A program made the position numbers and the translations under genes. DNA of 64,000 nt from a bacterium. Its GTDB lineage: Bacteria; UBA8248; JACPRG01; G963555815. The first letter of the stretch is position 1. The number at the start of each line of letters is the position of its first letter. Of the stretch, positions 40,807 through 50,851 are shown piece by piece. The stretch lies in contig OZ244653.1 in assembly GCA_965218795.1 (NCBI GenBank), positions 576,001-640,000 on the forward strand, read 5' to 3'. The notes under the pieces were generated by a model, which saw nothing but the letters and a program-made list of their open reading frames with translations, did not search any database and was not told the origin of the DNA.

Positions 40807-42237
40807 TCAGTGCTCGACACCAGCCGTTTTCGAGCGCCAGAGAAATACTAATACCGCTCCAAAAACGATGATGAACAGGGCGGCTTCCGGGGCGCGTTTC
40901 TCGACCGCGAGGAAGAGTTTCGTCCGGAGGTAAGCCAGCGTTCCCGTGTGGCTTTTCTCTAGTCTTGCCTGTTCTTTTTCTGCGTGACGAATTCGGGATT
41001 TGACGGCCTCGGGATCCACGGCCTCGGGGAGACTTTTTTTCAGAAAGTGGATCTCCAGGGCATAGTGGCGGACAGCATCTCTCCATCCATTCTGGACATA
41101 TCTGAGGATATCGGCGAGGGCACCATGGATGCGGCCGTCTTCGGGTGTCCACGACAGAGCTCGTTTATACGCCTCGACCGTCTCATTGAGACGGCCTCGT
41201 GTTGTGGCCCGTTCCGCCTTTGCGAGCTCCTCCTCGGCCGCGCGCTTACGGTAGACAGGGTTGTTTGGGTCCACTCGGGCCAAACCCTCCATGATGGCGA
41301 GCCCGGATTCAGCCTGTTCTTCCTCCGATGAACCGGAAGCGGAACCCTCCAGAAGTCGTTTGGCCTTCAAGTATATGGCGAGGGATTCCTTTTGTTTTCC
41401 CGGCATCCTTTCTAAGGTCTGGGCGATTCGAATGTGGGCCGAAACACTGTCATCAAGCCACTCGAGAGCCTTTTGGTAACGTTTCAGGGCTTTCGTATAA
41501 TTTCCTCCCCTGAAGAAATAATCCCCGCCTTCCAGGGCGCGTTCCACCATGGCTTCCCTTGCTTCTCGGAAACTCGGGTCAAGGCTGACGGCGTGCAGAA
41601 ACATGGCCTCGGCTTTCTCCGTTTTCCCAGTCCTGACGAGGGCACGAGCTTGAGCCAACAGGTAGGCTGCATAGGGCCGCCCGGCTACTTCACCCCCGGC
41701 AGGTGTTCCGATCATATCTCTGGCTTTCCGGCCTTCAAAGAATGTCTTCAACAGTGGAGACTCGACATCGCCTTCATAATTCGCCAAAGGGAGGAACTCT
41801 CTGAAGTCTGAAAAAAATGCCTGAACTTGCGGATGCATCGGCTGGATGGCACGGGCCACCCAATAGAACTTGATGGCCTGGCGATAGTTGTTGAGAGCAA
41901 TCTCGGCCTCTGCCGCTCCAAGGAGAGAATCCACTAGGCCCGGGAGCCTGAGGAGACCGGCCCTGAAGGCGTTGACCGCGGCGCTCGGGCGGTCTTGTTT
42001 CAAAAAAAGTCTTCCCAGTTCATCGACGATTTCCAGATTTCCCGGACAGCCGAACGCGGCCTCTTGTAAGACGGTCACCTCTTCCTGTGGCGACTTCACT
42101 TTCTTCAAGGATTCCTTCCAATTTTTGTCAGACCGACAATCCGGAGACTCTTCCGAGAAGACGGAAGGCGACACCATAGTTATCCAGATGAGGACAAGGG
42201 TGAAGAAGAAGCCGAGAGAAAGGTTTCGATGAGTCAT
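40807..42237 (-). CDS. Exported TPR protein with C-terminal transmembrane anchor
   Basis: Signal-peptide-like N-terminus, multiple TPR-like helical repeats, C-terminal APEAALFIIVFGAVLVFLWRSK; start uncertain (ORF extends to 42303). Confidence 0.8.
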   Translation of the reverse strand: MTHRNLSLGFFFTLVLIWITMVSPSVFSEESPDCRSDKNWKESLKKVKSPQEEVTVLQEAAFGCPGNLEIVDELGRLFLKQDRPSAAVNAFRAGLLRLPGLVDSLLGAAEAEIALNNYRQAIKFYWVARAIQPMHPQVQAFFSDFREFLPLANYEGDVESPLLKTFFEGRKARDMIGTPAGGEVAGRPYAAYLLAQARALVRTGKTEKAEAMFLHAVSLDPSFREAREAMVERALEGGDYFFRGGNYTKALKRYQKALEWLDDSVSAHIRIAQTLERMPGKQKESLAIYLKAKRLLEGSASGSSEEEQAESGLAIMEGLARVDPNNPVYRKRAAEEELAKAERATTRGRLNETVEAYKRALSWTPEDGRIHGALADILRYVQNGWRDAVRHYALEIHFLKKSLPEAVDPEAVKSRIRHAEKEQARLEKSHTGTLAYLRTKLFLAVEKRAPEAALFIIVFGAVLVFLWRSKTAGVEH

Positions 42238-42424
42238 ATGCGCTGAGACCAGCTTGCTCATGATAATAAGTTTAGGAATGCCAAGCGCCATCCGCAAATC
42301 CAACTTTTTGAGTCTTGCCGAAATTGCGGGTTATGGGGGAATCGACCAGAGTCATTCGTCGGCATCCCGTCGATGGAGTAGGGCCGGGCGAATATCTCAC
42401 AGGTCGGCCGCTTTGCGGAAAAGA

Positions 42425-43201
42425 TCAGGAGAGGCCGTATTTTCCCCTGAGGGAATTGATCCGGATTCGAAGGAGCCCGACCAGCGATCGAATCGAATCA
42501 CGGATGATGTGTACCTTGGAGTCATCGGCGTTCTTCCAGTTGACGGGCACTTCTTTCACCCGAAAACCCTGCCGCTTAGCGATGTAAAGGATTTCAGCGT
42601 CAAAACTCCAATCATGAAGGGTTTGAAGGGAGAAGATCGAATGTGCGGCTTCCAGGCTGAAGCATTTGAACCCGCATGTGAAATCGCTCACGGTCAATCC
42701 GAGTAGCCATCGGGAAAGTAAGGTAAAGATGGTGCCCATTTTCTCGCGGAGAAAGGATTGGTGCCGTTCGATGTGCGCTCCCTCTGTGCGACGGGTCCCT
42801 ATGACGGAGTCATAGCCCTGCTGAAACCACTCCTTGAGGTGGTCGAACTCTTCGGGTCGGGTAGAAAGATCGGCGTCCAGAAACAGGATCAGCTTTCCCC
42901 GGGCCGCCAGCATTCCCCGCTGGACGGCGAATCCCTTCCCACGGTTCCGATCATTGTTCAGAAGGGCCATATGGTTTCTTCCGGATTTGAACGCCCGGGC
43001 AATCTCGCTCGTTCGATCGGCGCTCCCATCGTCGACTACTATGATTTCATAGGTGGGAGTTTGCTTTTGGGCGTAATCTTCGACAGCCTCCAGACATTTT
43101 TGCAGGACGGGTTCTTCATTAAAAGCAGGGATGACGATGGACAATTCGATAGAAGCGTCGGCCGCTGCCGTTTGTGCGGAATCGGGCGGCGAGTGTTGCA
43201 T
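42425..43201 (-). CDS. GT2 polyprenol-phosphate glycosyltransferase (DPM1/ALG5-like)
   Basis: SIVIPAFNE, VDDGSAD, NRGKG, LDADL, DFTCGFK, WSFDAE, EVPVNW. Confidence 0.92.
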   Translation of the reverse strand: MQHSPPDSAQTAAADASIELSIVIPAFNEEPVLQKCLEAVEDYAQKQTPTYEIIVVDDGSADRTSEIARAFKSGRNHMALLNNDRNRGKGFAVQRGMLAARGKLILFLDADLSTRPEEFDHLKEWFQQGYDSVIGTRRTEGAHIERHQSFLREKMGTIFTLLSRWLLGLTVSDFTCGFKCFSLEAAHSIFSLQTLHDWSFDAEILYIAKRQGFRVKEVPVNWKNADDSKVHIIRDSIRSLVGLLRIRINSLRGKYGLS

Positions 43202-43368
43202 GACGAATTTTCCCGGAAAAGGACAAGTCTCGTCGAGACCGTAGTTTTCAAGTCCGGGATGGGTTTCCCGAATCGATCCGGGAAACTTCGGCCCCGTCCC
43301 CAAAAATCAGCCGGTCATCATGACATACGGAAGCCGGGGATTTCAATCACTCGGACGGCTCCCATCTC

Positions 43369-44491
43369 TCAGCAGTCCTCGCAAGAGGCCTCATCGAAGC
43401 AGACCTGGAAACGATCCCCGATTTTCGGTCCGGCTGAGTTTCTTCTTTTCGCCGAAAAAGAAGATAACCGTTGGTTTCCCGAACCAGTTCGAAATCGGGA
43501 TGAGTGCGCATCTCCTTTTGCTTTGCAGGCTCCATAAACTTTGCGGTTGGTATCGATGAGAACGAACCTGGCGTCGCGAACGATCGGAAACACGAAGATA
43601 TTTTCCTGTCGGGTCATGTGAGGGACAAGTCGCTGGTTGCCGAGACAGAGGCTCCCCGGGGAATGGAGACGGTCAAGGATCTACTCGTCCAATGCCGCTC
43701 GCTGATGATGAGACGACGCGGACGGGTCAAATCCCAAAAGGAGAAATTCGCAACGCCCACGACGAAGACGAGTCCGCCGAGTCCTCAAACGACGGCTCTT
43801 GACCTGGTCCGCCTTTCAATGGCTCGCAGCGCCCGGACGGTTCAGGTGTTTGACTGAAAGCCGGCATGGCCACCTGGATGGCCAGAACCGCCCACCACAA
43901 AGGTAGAGTCCTGCGGTTGTTCACCCGATTTTTCTCTCCTTACAGAACGACTGCCGTCCAGAGTCCAAACACGAACAAATAGACCGGAACGTCTTCTTTG
44001 GTCATCCACGCGGGGACGATGCCTGGTCAGTGCAATGCCCATCTTTTCCGCGACAAGCCAAGGAACGCGGTGGACAAGAGAGTAGGGGCTCAAGCATTTC
44101 CATGTGGAAGTCGAACATGAGCCCTCGGGACAGGTTGCGGGACAGGGGGTATGAAAACGCGAGAGCCAAGCCGGCTCAGCGGGTTTGAAGCTCTGAGCGG
44201 CTGTAGGCGTATAGGGGGGAGGGCGGCCGCCCCAACGAGGCCAGGGCCTGAAGAATCGCAAGCGTCAGGGGGCCGTCGTGGATAAGGGGGAAGATTGGAG
44301 CAGGGTGTTCACCGAAGTCGATGTGCGGTAAAAGTGGAACAAAAAAGAATCGTCCCTTCAGATATTGGACAGGCCGTAATCAAAAATGCTCAAATCCCAT
44401 GCATTGGTCCCTGAGTCAGGTGCTGAATCATCCGAAATGCCAGATAGGCCACACACCAGGCGATTAGGCCGACGAGCAATGCTTGGTTCAT
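43369..44491 (-). pseudogene. Degraded DUF2079-like (GT-C-like) membrane protein
   Basis: Pieces in shifting frames: MNQALLVGLIAW.., TNAWDLSIFDYGL, FGEHPAPIF, PLTLAILQAL, MFDFHMEML, WMTKEDV, IPRGASVSA, VPHMTRQENIFVFP..FVLID; several frameshifts and an in-frame stop. Confidence 0.65.
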
Positions 44492-44622
44492 TTTGAAAGA
44501 TTTTCCACCTCATCCGGATGGAGATGGAGGTCCCTTAGGATGGTGGCGTTGCAGGGTCAGGCTGCGGGCCTCCCCAAGGTTTTCTATGTTTGGACGGGTG
44601 ATCTCTCCCGGAGCGAGGACCG

Positions 44623-45849
44623 GTGATGGATGAATCCGGAAACGGTCGCCGCGCATGGGGAATGGTCGCCATCGTATTCGTCACCGTTGGCTTCTCCGGC
44701 GCCGTATGGCACATGTTCGGAATATTCGTGAAGCCGCTGGAGGCCGAATTCGATTTGACTCGCACGTCGGTATCACTCGTCGTAACCCTTTCCCAAGGCG
44801 TCTATTTCTGCATGATGATGGTGGTCGGGAAGATCCTGCATCGCTTCGGGCCCAAGGCGTTGATTGTCACGGGAATGGCCGTGTTGGGCACAGGGGCGCT
44901 CCTCTCCGGGTCCGTGCAATCCATAGGTCAAATGTACTTGGCCTATGGGGTTGTGCTCGCAGCCGGCTATTCGGTGGCGACCATCAATGTATCGAGTATC
45001 GCGGTTACGCAATGGTTTAGCCGAAACCGGGGATTGGCCCTGGGAGTTGCTCTGGCCGGGTTCAACGCGGGCCAGCTTGTCATCCTGCCTTTTACCCAAT
45101 ACTGGGTGCTTCACTTCGGCTGGCGAAATGCATTTTATCTTGTGGGGGTTGCCACCCTCCTCCTACCCTTGCCGCTGGCAGTCACCCTTTTGCGGAACGG
45201 CCCTTATCGCAATGAAGACACCGGGACAGAGTTGTCGCGAGTCGGGAAGGCGGGGAATTCGCTGAGAGAGTCACTGAAGCGCCGTTCATTCTGGTTTCTG
45301 GCCGTAAGCTTTTTTGCCTGCGGTTTCAGCGATTTCGTACTTGCCGCCCATCTGCCGTCTTTTGCAATAGACGTCGGAATCAGCCCGTTTCTCAGCGGTT
45401 CGGCTCACGGGATGATCAGCGGAATCAGCATTGTGGGCGTCATTGTCCTCGGGGCTCTTTCGGATCGAATCGGCCGCCGATACCCGTTGACATTCATCTA
45501 TGTGGTCCGCGCGGTCTGTTTCTTGTTCCTCCCTTGGATTGGCGGTTATCTGGGTCTTTGGATATTCATCTCGCTCTATGGCTTCTTCTATTTCGCGACG
45601 ACCCCCATGACCTCAGCCGCGGCATCAGATATCTTTCCTTCGGATCAGTTGGGTACCCTGTATGGGTACATTATTGCGGCTCATGGTCTGGGAGCGCTGT
45701 TGGGGCCTTTTGTGGCGGGCGTCATCTTCGACACCCAGGGGAGTTACACACCAGCCTTCCTCATCACGGGGGTCGTCCTTCTTTTCGGCGCGGTTTGTTG
45801 CGCCTTGATTGACGACCCCATCCGGGAGGCTCGCCAAAGCCCGGCTTGA
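44623..45849 (+). CDS. MFS transporter
   Basis: About 12 hydrophobic segments; motif A (GALSDRIGRR); WFSRNRGLALG. Confidence 0.93.
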   Translation: MMDESGNGRRAWGMVAIVFVTVGFSGAVWHMFGIFVKPLEAEFDLTRTSVSLVVTLSQGVYFCMMMVVGKILHRFGPKALIVTGMAVLGTGALLSGSVQSIGQMYLAYGVVLAAGYSVATINVSSIAVTQWFSRNRGLALGVALAGFNAGQLVILPFTQYWVLHFGWRNAFYLVGVATLLLPLPLAVTLLRNGPYRNEDTGTELSRVGKAGNSLRESLKRRSFWFLAVSFFACGFSDFVLAAHLPSFAIDVGISPFLSGSAHGMISGISIVGVIVLGALSDRIGRRYPLTFIYVVRAVCFLFLPWIGGYLGLWIFISLYGFFYFATTPMTSAAASDIFPSDQLGTLYGYIIAAHGLGALLGPFVAGVIFDTQGSYTPAFLITGVVLLFGAVCCALIDDPIREARQSPA

Positions 45850-45855
45850 GAAATC

Positions 45856-46434
45856 CTACCGGAGGCCGTCCTCGCCTTCGACTTCCTGCAGTTTCAAGCC
45901 GCCGACCCTCGGGAAGGGACGGCCTCCGTCCGTTACCACGATGGCGCAAAGTATCTCATCCGGAAACGGAGCGTCCGGAACGCAAACGGTCATCGCGTCA
46001 TAGTGGGACCGGACGTACACGGCGTCTTTGTAATGGAGGGGGACATCCAGCGTCGTTCCGGCCGCTCCCCGTTTTTTTGAAGAAGCGATCACCGCTTTCC
46101 CGCCACCGACCAGTTCCCGAAGGGGTTTTCCAAGCTTGGGGTGGAGAACAGCGGCCGCATGTTCCATTTCACCGGACGTCCCGACAATCGCCCCTTTGCC
46201 GTAACTGTGGTACCTGTCTCCGCCCAAAGCCTCGATGGCAATCCTTCCCAAGACGCTGCCGGCCTCTTCACCCATTGAGATGAGTTCTTCAAGGGATTCA
46301 TCGAACCGGCCGACAAAGGGGTTTTCAAATACAGCGATCGCGGCCGCTTTTCGGATGGGAGGATCCACATCCCTTCCGGTTTCCCGTCGGATCTCTTCAA
46401 CCATCGTCATGAATTTTCGGACCTTCATTTCCAT
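45856..46434 (-). CDS. Amino acid synthesis family protein (DUF1185/AA_synth-like)
   Basis: NPFVG, SYGKGAIVG..GEMEH, LDVPLHYKDAVYVRSHYD, GGRPFPR; GGAGG RBS. Confidence 0.85.
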   Translation of the reverse strand: MEMKVRKFMTMVEEIRRETGRDVDPPIRKAAAIAVFENPFVGRFDESLEELISMGEEAGSVLGRIAIEALGGDRYHSYGKGAIVGTSGEMEHAAAVLHPKLGKPLRELVGGGKAVIASSKKRGAAGTTLDVPLHYKDAVYVRSHYDAMTVCVPDAPFPDEILCAIVVTDGGRPFPRVGGLKLQEVEGEDGLR

Positions 46435-47029
46435 TAGGAGCCTCCGTGGCAGGGGATACACTCGACGTTGGTCCGGCTTTTGAATTGGCGCGCTCTCAGG
46501 CTGTCCCCGAGTAAGATTGGGTTTGTCACGTTGTCACAGACCCAAGGGTCTGTAGACGGAAGTCCATTCCAGCTTGAGCTTTTTTAAACAAAATTTCAGG
46601 AAAAGGAAAGGGAGGCCGCTGGATGGTACGGGATGCTTCGGGAGATGCGGCTTGCCTTGATGGATCGAGAGTATCTTCGAAATCGGTCTGAATGGAATTC
46701 TTCTCGCTGAGCCGGGGCCTGCGTCTTCAATCCTTTGATTCGGAAGAGTCGAGGCATTCGGGATGATAGAATATGTAAAGACCTTCGTGGCCGATACAGA
46801 CGGCAACATGATCCTCGATTTCTCCTTTGCAGCGCTTACAGACCTACCGGCCAGGAGGCGGCGTGGTGGAAGGAAAATTTGAGAATGAATCTCGGTATTT
46901 GCAATGGAAGTGAACAAAGGATTCATTGCTCCATCCCGCATAATTCCAAAAAAGTGGTACTCTGATAAGTCGGATTCTGACGAAAGAACTTGAGCCTTGA
47001 TTTCCCAGTGGAGCACATAGAAAGACCCG

Positions 47030-47058
47030 TTGACTTGACCAAGATATCCGAATAGAAT
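47030..47058 (+). promoter_or_regulatory. Putative sigma70 promoter for the mltD-like gene
   Basis: TTGACT-17 nt-TAGAAT. Confidence 0.6.
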
Positions 47059-47154
47059 CTTACGATTCCTCTGGAGCGAAGGTTTAATATTGAGGGATCA
47101 ATTAACTGGGGTTTGAAACTCTTGCCTTGGATTCCATGGACAAGGGGGTCACCT

Positions 47155-48696
47155 GTGAGCGCTCTCCGGATTTTTCTTTTCATTTCTTTTCTGTTCGTAT
47201 TGAGCGCTTGTGCTGCTGTTCCCGGCCGCTCCAATCGGACGATCGGGTCCGTTCCCGTCCCTTCTGAAAGGGACACCGCAGCCGATTTGAAACGAGGGAC
47301 CTCGCAGTCCGTTGCAACCGCTCCCATTCCAGCCACTCAGTCGCAGGAACCCCTTTCGACTTCCCTGAAACAGGAGACGGAGAGCTCTCTGAGAATTGCG
47401 GAGAGCGAAACCATCACCAGTCGCCTTTCCATTCCGTCCGAGCCGTTGAAGGGCCCGGATCAGCCATCCCCCGTTCTCCCCCCCCAGCCGCCTCGAAACC
47501 GTCCGGAGCCGGGAGGCGATACGGTGATTCGCAAAGATACCGGACCCACGATTCCAATCGTCTTGACTGCCAGGGTTCGTTGGTTCGTCAATTACTTTAC
47601 CGGGCCGCGCCGGAAGACGTTTACGAAATGGCTGGAGCGATCGACCCGCTATACTGATATGATGCGGAAAATCCTTCGGGAAGAGAGGGTCCCTGAGGAC
47701 CTGATCTATATCGCGCTGATCGAGAGTGGGTACGATCCCAAGGCTCGCTCCTGGGCGGGCGCGACCGGAATCTGGCAATTCATGAAGCCCACGGCAAGGA
47801 TGTATGGGCTCAAGGTGAACTGGTGGATCGATGAGCGGCGTGACCCTGAAAAGGCAACCCGGGCGGCCGCTCGTTACTTCAGGGATCTTCACCAGTCGTT
47901 CCGCTCATGGCATCTGGCCCAGGCCGGCTACAACGCTGGAGAGGGAAAAATCCGACGGGGGCTTCGGCGGGTGAAGCGGAAGGATTTTTGGACGCTGGCC
48001 AAGACCCGCTACATTGCCAGAGAAACTCGAAATTTTGTACCGAAGTTCATGGCGGCCGCAAGGGTGGCCAAGAGCCCCGAAGACTACGGGTTTACCGGAC
48101 TGAATTACCAGTCGCCGCGTCGCTTCGAAAAGGTGCGCGTATCCAAGTCCACCGATCTGCGATGGATCGCTTCGGCGGCGGGTGTCTCATTGAAAGAGAT
48201 ACAGGATTTGAATCCTGCGTTGCGGCGCTGGAGAACCCCTCCGAAGTATCCCGACTTTGAGATCAGGGTTCCCGTCGGGACCTCTGAGCAGGTGGCCACG
48301 GCCATTGAGAACTGGTCTCCCGAAATATATGCGGGTCGGAAATACAAAGTGGAGAGAGGCGACACATTAAGCGAGATTGCCTTGAGCATCGGGACGCCGA
48401 TTAAAGTTCTGATGGAACTGAACGGGCTCAGCAATCCGGGTCGGATATACATCGGGCAGGAGTTGATCCTGCCAGACAAGGGTCCCAAAGGGCAGAGAAT
48501 CGTTCGGGTGTCCCCCCAATCCCCCCGAGTTTCCTCCCCTGGACGCGACTCCATTCATGTCGTTCGTTCAGGGGAGACCATCTGGCATCTTTCAAGACGC
48601 TATCGGATCAAGATGAAAAAGCTGCTGGCCTGGAATCACCTCTCCAAAGATGCGCAGATTCGCCCTGGAGACAAGATTCTTCTTTCGCTCCCTTGA
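47155..48696 (+). CDS. mltD: Lytic murein transglycosylase (MltD-like) lipoprotein with LysM domains
   Basis: Lipobox LSAC, SLT motifs (IESG, GIWQFM, GYNAGE, ETRNFV), LysM repeats (YKVERGDTLS, HVVRSGETIW). Confidence 0.9.
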   Translation: MSALRIFLFISFLFVLSACAAVPGRSNRTIGSVPVPSERDTAADLKRGTSQSVATAPIPATQSQEPLSTSLKQETESSLRIAESETITSRLSIPSEPLKGPDQPSPVLPPQPPRNRPEPGGDTVIRKDTGPTIPIVLTARVRWFVNYFTGPRRKTFTKWLERSTRYTDMMRKILREERVPEDLIYIALIESGYDPKARSWAGATGIWQFMKPTARMYGLKVNWWIDERRDPEKATRAAARYFRDLHQSFRSWHLAQAGYNAGEGKIRRGLRRVKRKDFWTLAKTRYIARETRNFVPKFMAAARVAKSPEDYGFTGLNYQSPRRFEKVRVSKSTDLRWIASAAGVSLKEIQDLNPALRRWRTPPKYPDFEIRVPVGTSEQVATAIENWSPEIYAGRKYKVERGDTLSEIALSIGTPIKVLMELNGLSNPGRIYIGQELILPDKGPKGQRIVRVSPQSPRVSSPGRDSIHVVRSGETIWHLSRRYRIKMKKLLAWNHLSKDAQIRPGDKILLSLP

Positions 48697-48759
48697 TCCC
48701 CTTCTCGCCAGTAGATTCAATCCCTCCATAAGGAATGAATGTTTCTGTGGGTGAAAGGA

Positions 48760-50028
48760 TCAAACTTGGTCCAATGTTCCCCAGCGTCCGCAGGATGGGC
48801 ACCGACCTCTCCAGTCCGTAAGCTGTTCCTGGCACGTGGTACAATGGAAATGCCCTCCGCTTTTCGGCTGAAAGGACAAAGCCGCCCGGGCTCCTGCGAC
48901 ATCATCTGTATCCAGGAGCGCCCGGGCGCGGACCAGGCGGGCGCGGGGGGTATCTTTAGCGGAGTCATCCTCAAGGTGCCGTAACGCTTCTGTCGGTTGC
49001 CCCAGACGCAGGTAGGCCTCGGCCAGGGCCAGCTGCAAAAGATCATCGCCGGGCCCCCTTCGCCGGGCCTTCCGGAGGGCCTGGACCGTATCCTCTCCCG
49101 AAGAGCCATTGCCGAGCGTTGAGAGGATACGTGCCAGGAATATAAACGCCCTTGTTTTCTCGTACCCTTCCCGCCAGATACCGAGCGCCTGATCTCTCCT
49201 GCCGGATGCGCGAAGAACATCCCCCAGGGCTACCCGCGGCGGGATGCAATCGCCATGGACGTCGATGGCCTCATTGAGGCGTTTCTCGGCATCGGCCGGT
49301 TTTCCGGCTTGGGCGAGTTGCCATCCGGCTTCATAGAGCAGATGGGCGAGAAGCATTCGATCCGGATCGCTTGCGCCCCCCGGACGGCGGACCAGCCGTT
49401 TTTGAAACCCGGCGGCAATTTCCCATGCCCCGGCGGAGATATAGTGGTCGCGAATTCGCGTGAGGGGGATGGATTCGTCCCCGCCGGCATAACGCACGCG
49501 CTCCAAGAGGGCCCGGAGGGCGTCCGGGCGTCCGGCGATCGCGAAATCGTCGGCCAGACTCTCAATCAGCCGACCGTCATCGCTGCCGGCCTGGATGGCC
49601 CTTCTGTGAAGGTCGAAGGCGGCGTCCAAACGGCCCAGGTCGCGCTGAAGGTTTCCCGATTCCAACAGCGCTTGTTTGTGGACGGGATTTCTCCGAAGGC
49701 TTCGGCGGAACGCTCGCCGGGCTGCCTGTCGATCGCCCTTGGCGATAGAAGCCTGACCAGCTCGATAGAAGATTTCGGCCTCTTGAATCCGACGCTCCGC
49801 CCGTCTGTGCCGGCTCCTGCGCCATGCGTTGATGATTCGGGAGGGAAGATCCCAGATGCCCGTGCCGAGAGCGCCGAGCAAAGCAAATCCCAACACCACC
49901 AGGATCAATGGCAAGTCGTACGCCCGCCCTTTCCACAAAGTCAGGCGGACGTTTTCAGCATTCTGGGGCAGGAGATACAGACCGCCCAGCAAGAGTAATC
50001 CCAAAGTGACGATGAAACGCAAGGGCAT
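48760..50028 (-). CDS. LapA-LapB-like fused LPS assembly regulator (TM, TPRs, rubredoxin-like Zn finger)
   Basis: N-terminal QNAENVRL..LPL TM hairpin, TPR repeats, C-terminal CTTC..WRGRCPSC. Confidence 0.8.
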   Translation of the reverse strand: MPLRFIVTLGLLLLGGLYLLPQNAENVRLTLWKGRAYDLPLILVVLGFALLGALGTGIWDLPSRIINAWRRSRHRRAERRIQEAEIFYRAGQASIAKGDRQAARRAFRRSLRRNPVHKQALLESGNLQRDLGRLDAAFDLHRRAIQAGSDDGRLIESLADDFAIAGRPDALRALLERVRYAGGDESIPLTRIRDHYISAGAWEIAAGFQKRLVRRPGGASDPDRMLLAHLLYEAGWQLAQAGKPADAEKRLNEAIDVHGDCIPPRVALGDVLRASGRRDQALGIWREGYEKTRAFIFLARILSTLGNGSSGEDTVQALRKARRRGPGDDLLQLALAEAYLRLGQPTEALRHLEDDSAKDTPRARLVRARALLDTDDVAGARAALSFQPKSGGHFHCTTCQEQLTDWRGRCPSCGRWGTLDQV

Positions 50029-50068
50029 GGACGTTCCCCGGAATCAGAACCGGGCGTTGACCCTCCTG

Positions 50069-50428
50069 CTAGGAAACTCTCGGTGTACGCTCGGCTTCAC
50101 TTTGACAGACAATACAGAGCCTCGCATAGGGCATGGCGTTGAGGCGTTTGGCCGGAATTTTGGATTCACATTGCTCGCAAATTCCATACGTCTCGTCTTC
50201 AATCTTCTCAAGGGCCATTTCGACAAGTTTCAGTTGGGAACGTTCTTTTTCCCCCAATCCGATGAGGATTTGCCGGGTGTTGATGCCTGTCGCCTGATCC
50301 GCAATATCCTGGATGCCGTCTTCGCCGATTTCCTGGTTTTCCCGTCTTCGGGTGCCGACGTCTCCGATCAGCGATCGGCGGATTTCAAGGAGCTTCTGAC
50401 GATGCTTTTCCAGGGTTTTCTTGTTCAT
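50069..50428 (-). CDS. dksA: DksA/TraR family C4 zinc-finger protein
   Basis: DIADQA coiled-coil tip, YGICEQC..RLCIVC. Confidence 0.88.
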   Translation of the reverse strand: MNKKTLEKHRQKLLEIRRSLIGDVGTRRRENQEIGEDGIQDIADQATGINTRQILIGLGEKERSQLKLVEMALEKIEDETYGICEQCESKIPAKRLNAMPYARLCIVCQSEAERTPRVS

Positions 50429-50841
50429 GAAGAGCTTCCCGTTTGAAACGCGATGGGTTGCCCGCCGTCTTGGGCAGGTCCATCCGTGATTATGTGGCCG
50501 GCCAGTTCGTCGAGTCGCGGGGCTCGGGCCCAGAGCCGTTCCAAATGATAGAAATTCCGAGCTTCGGAGCTAAACACGTGGATGACGATATCGTCGTAAT
50601 CCAGCAAGATCCAGCTTCCTTCCTTCAGCCCCTCCCGGGAGAGCGGTTCAACCCCCAAGGCGGAGAGGCGTTCATCGATGCTTTCCGCTATGGCCTCCAT
50701 CTGGCGGGGATTCTGCCCGGAGCAGATGAGAAACAGGTCCGTGATGCTCGAGATTCCCCGGAGGTCCAGCACCGCGAGGTCCATGGCTTTTCGATCCAGC
50801 GCCGCCCGGCAGGCTGTCAAACCCTTCTGTTCCGTGTCCAA
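50425..50841 (-). CDS. rsfS: Ribosome silencing factor
   Basis: DRKAMDLAVLD, WILLDYDDIVIHVF..RNFYHLERLW. Confidence 0.93.
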   Translation of the reverse strand: MDTEQKGLTACRAALDRKAMDLAVLDLRGISSITDLFLICSGQNPRQMEAIAESIDERLSALGVEPLSREGLKEGSWILLDYDDIVIHVFSSEARNFYHLERLWARAPRLDELAGHIITDGPAQDGGQPIAFQTGSSS

Positions 50842-50851
50842 CGGTTGACCT

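Noticed and set aside
46534-47020. Possible UGA-interrupted ORF (IGLNGILLAEPG..*FGRVEAFGMIEY..) in the gap before mltD
   Set aside because: No start codon or RBS, no recognisable family and no Cys-motif context; left as non-coding or eroded.
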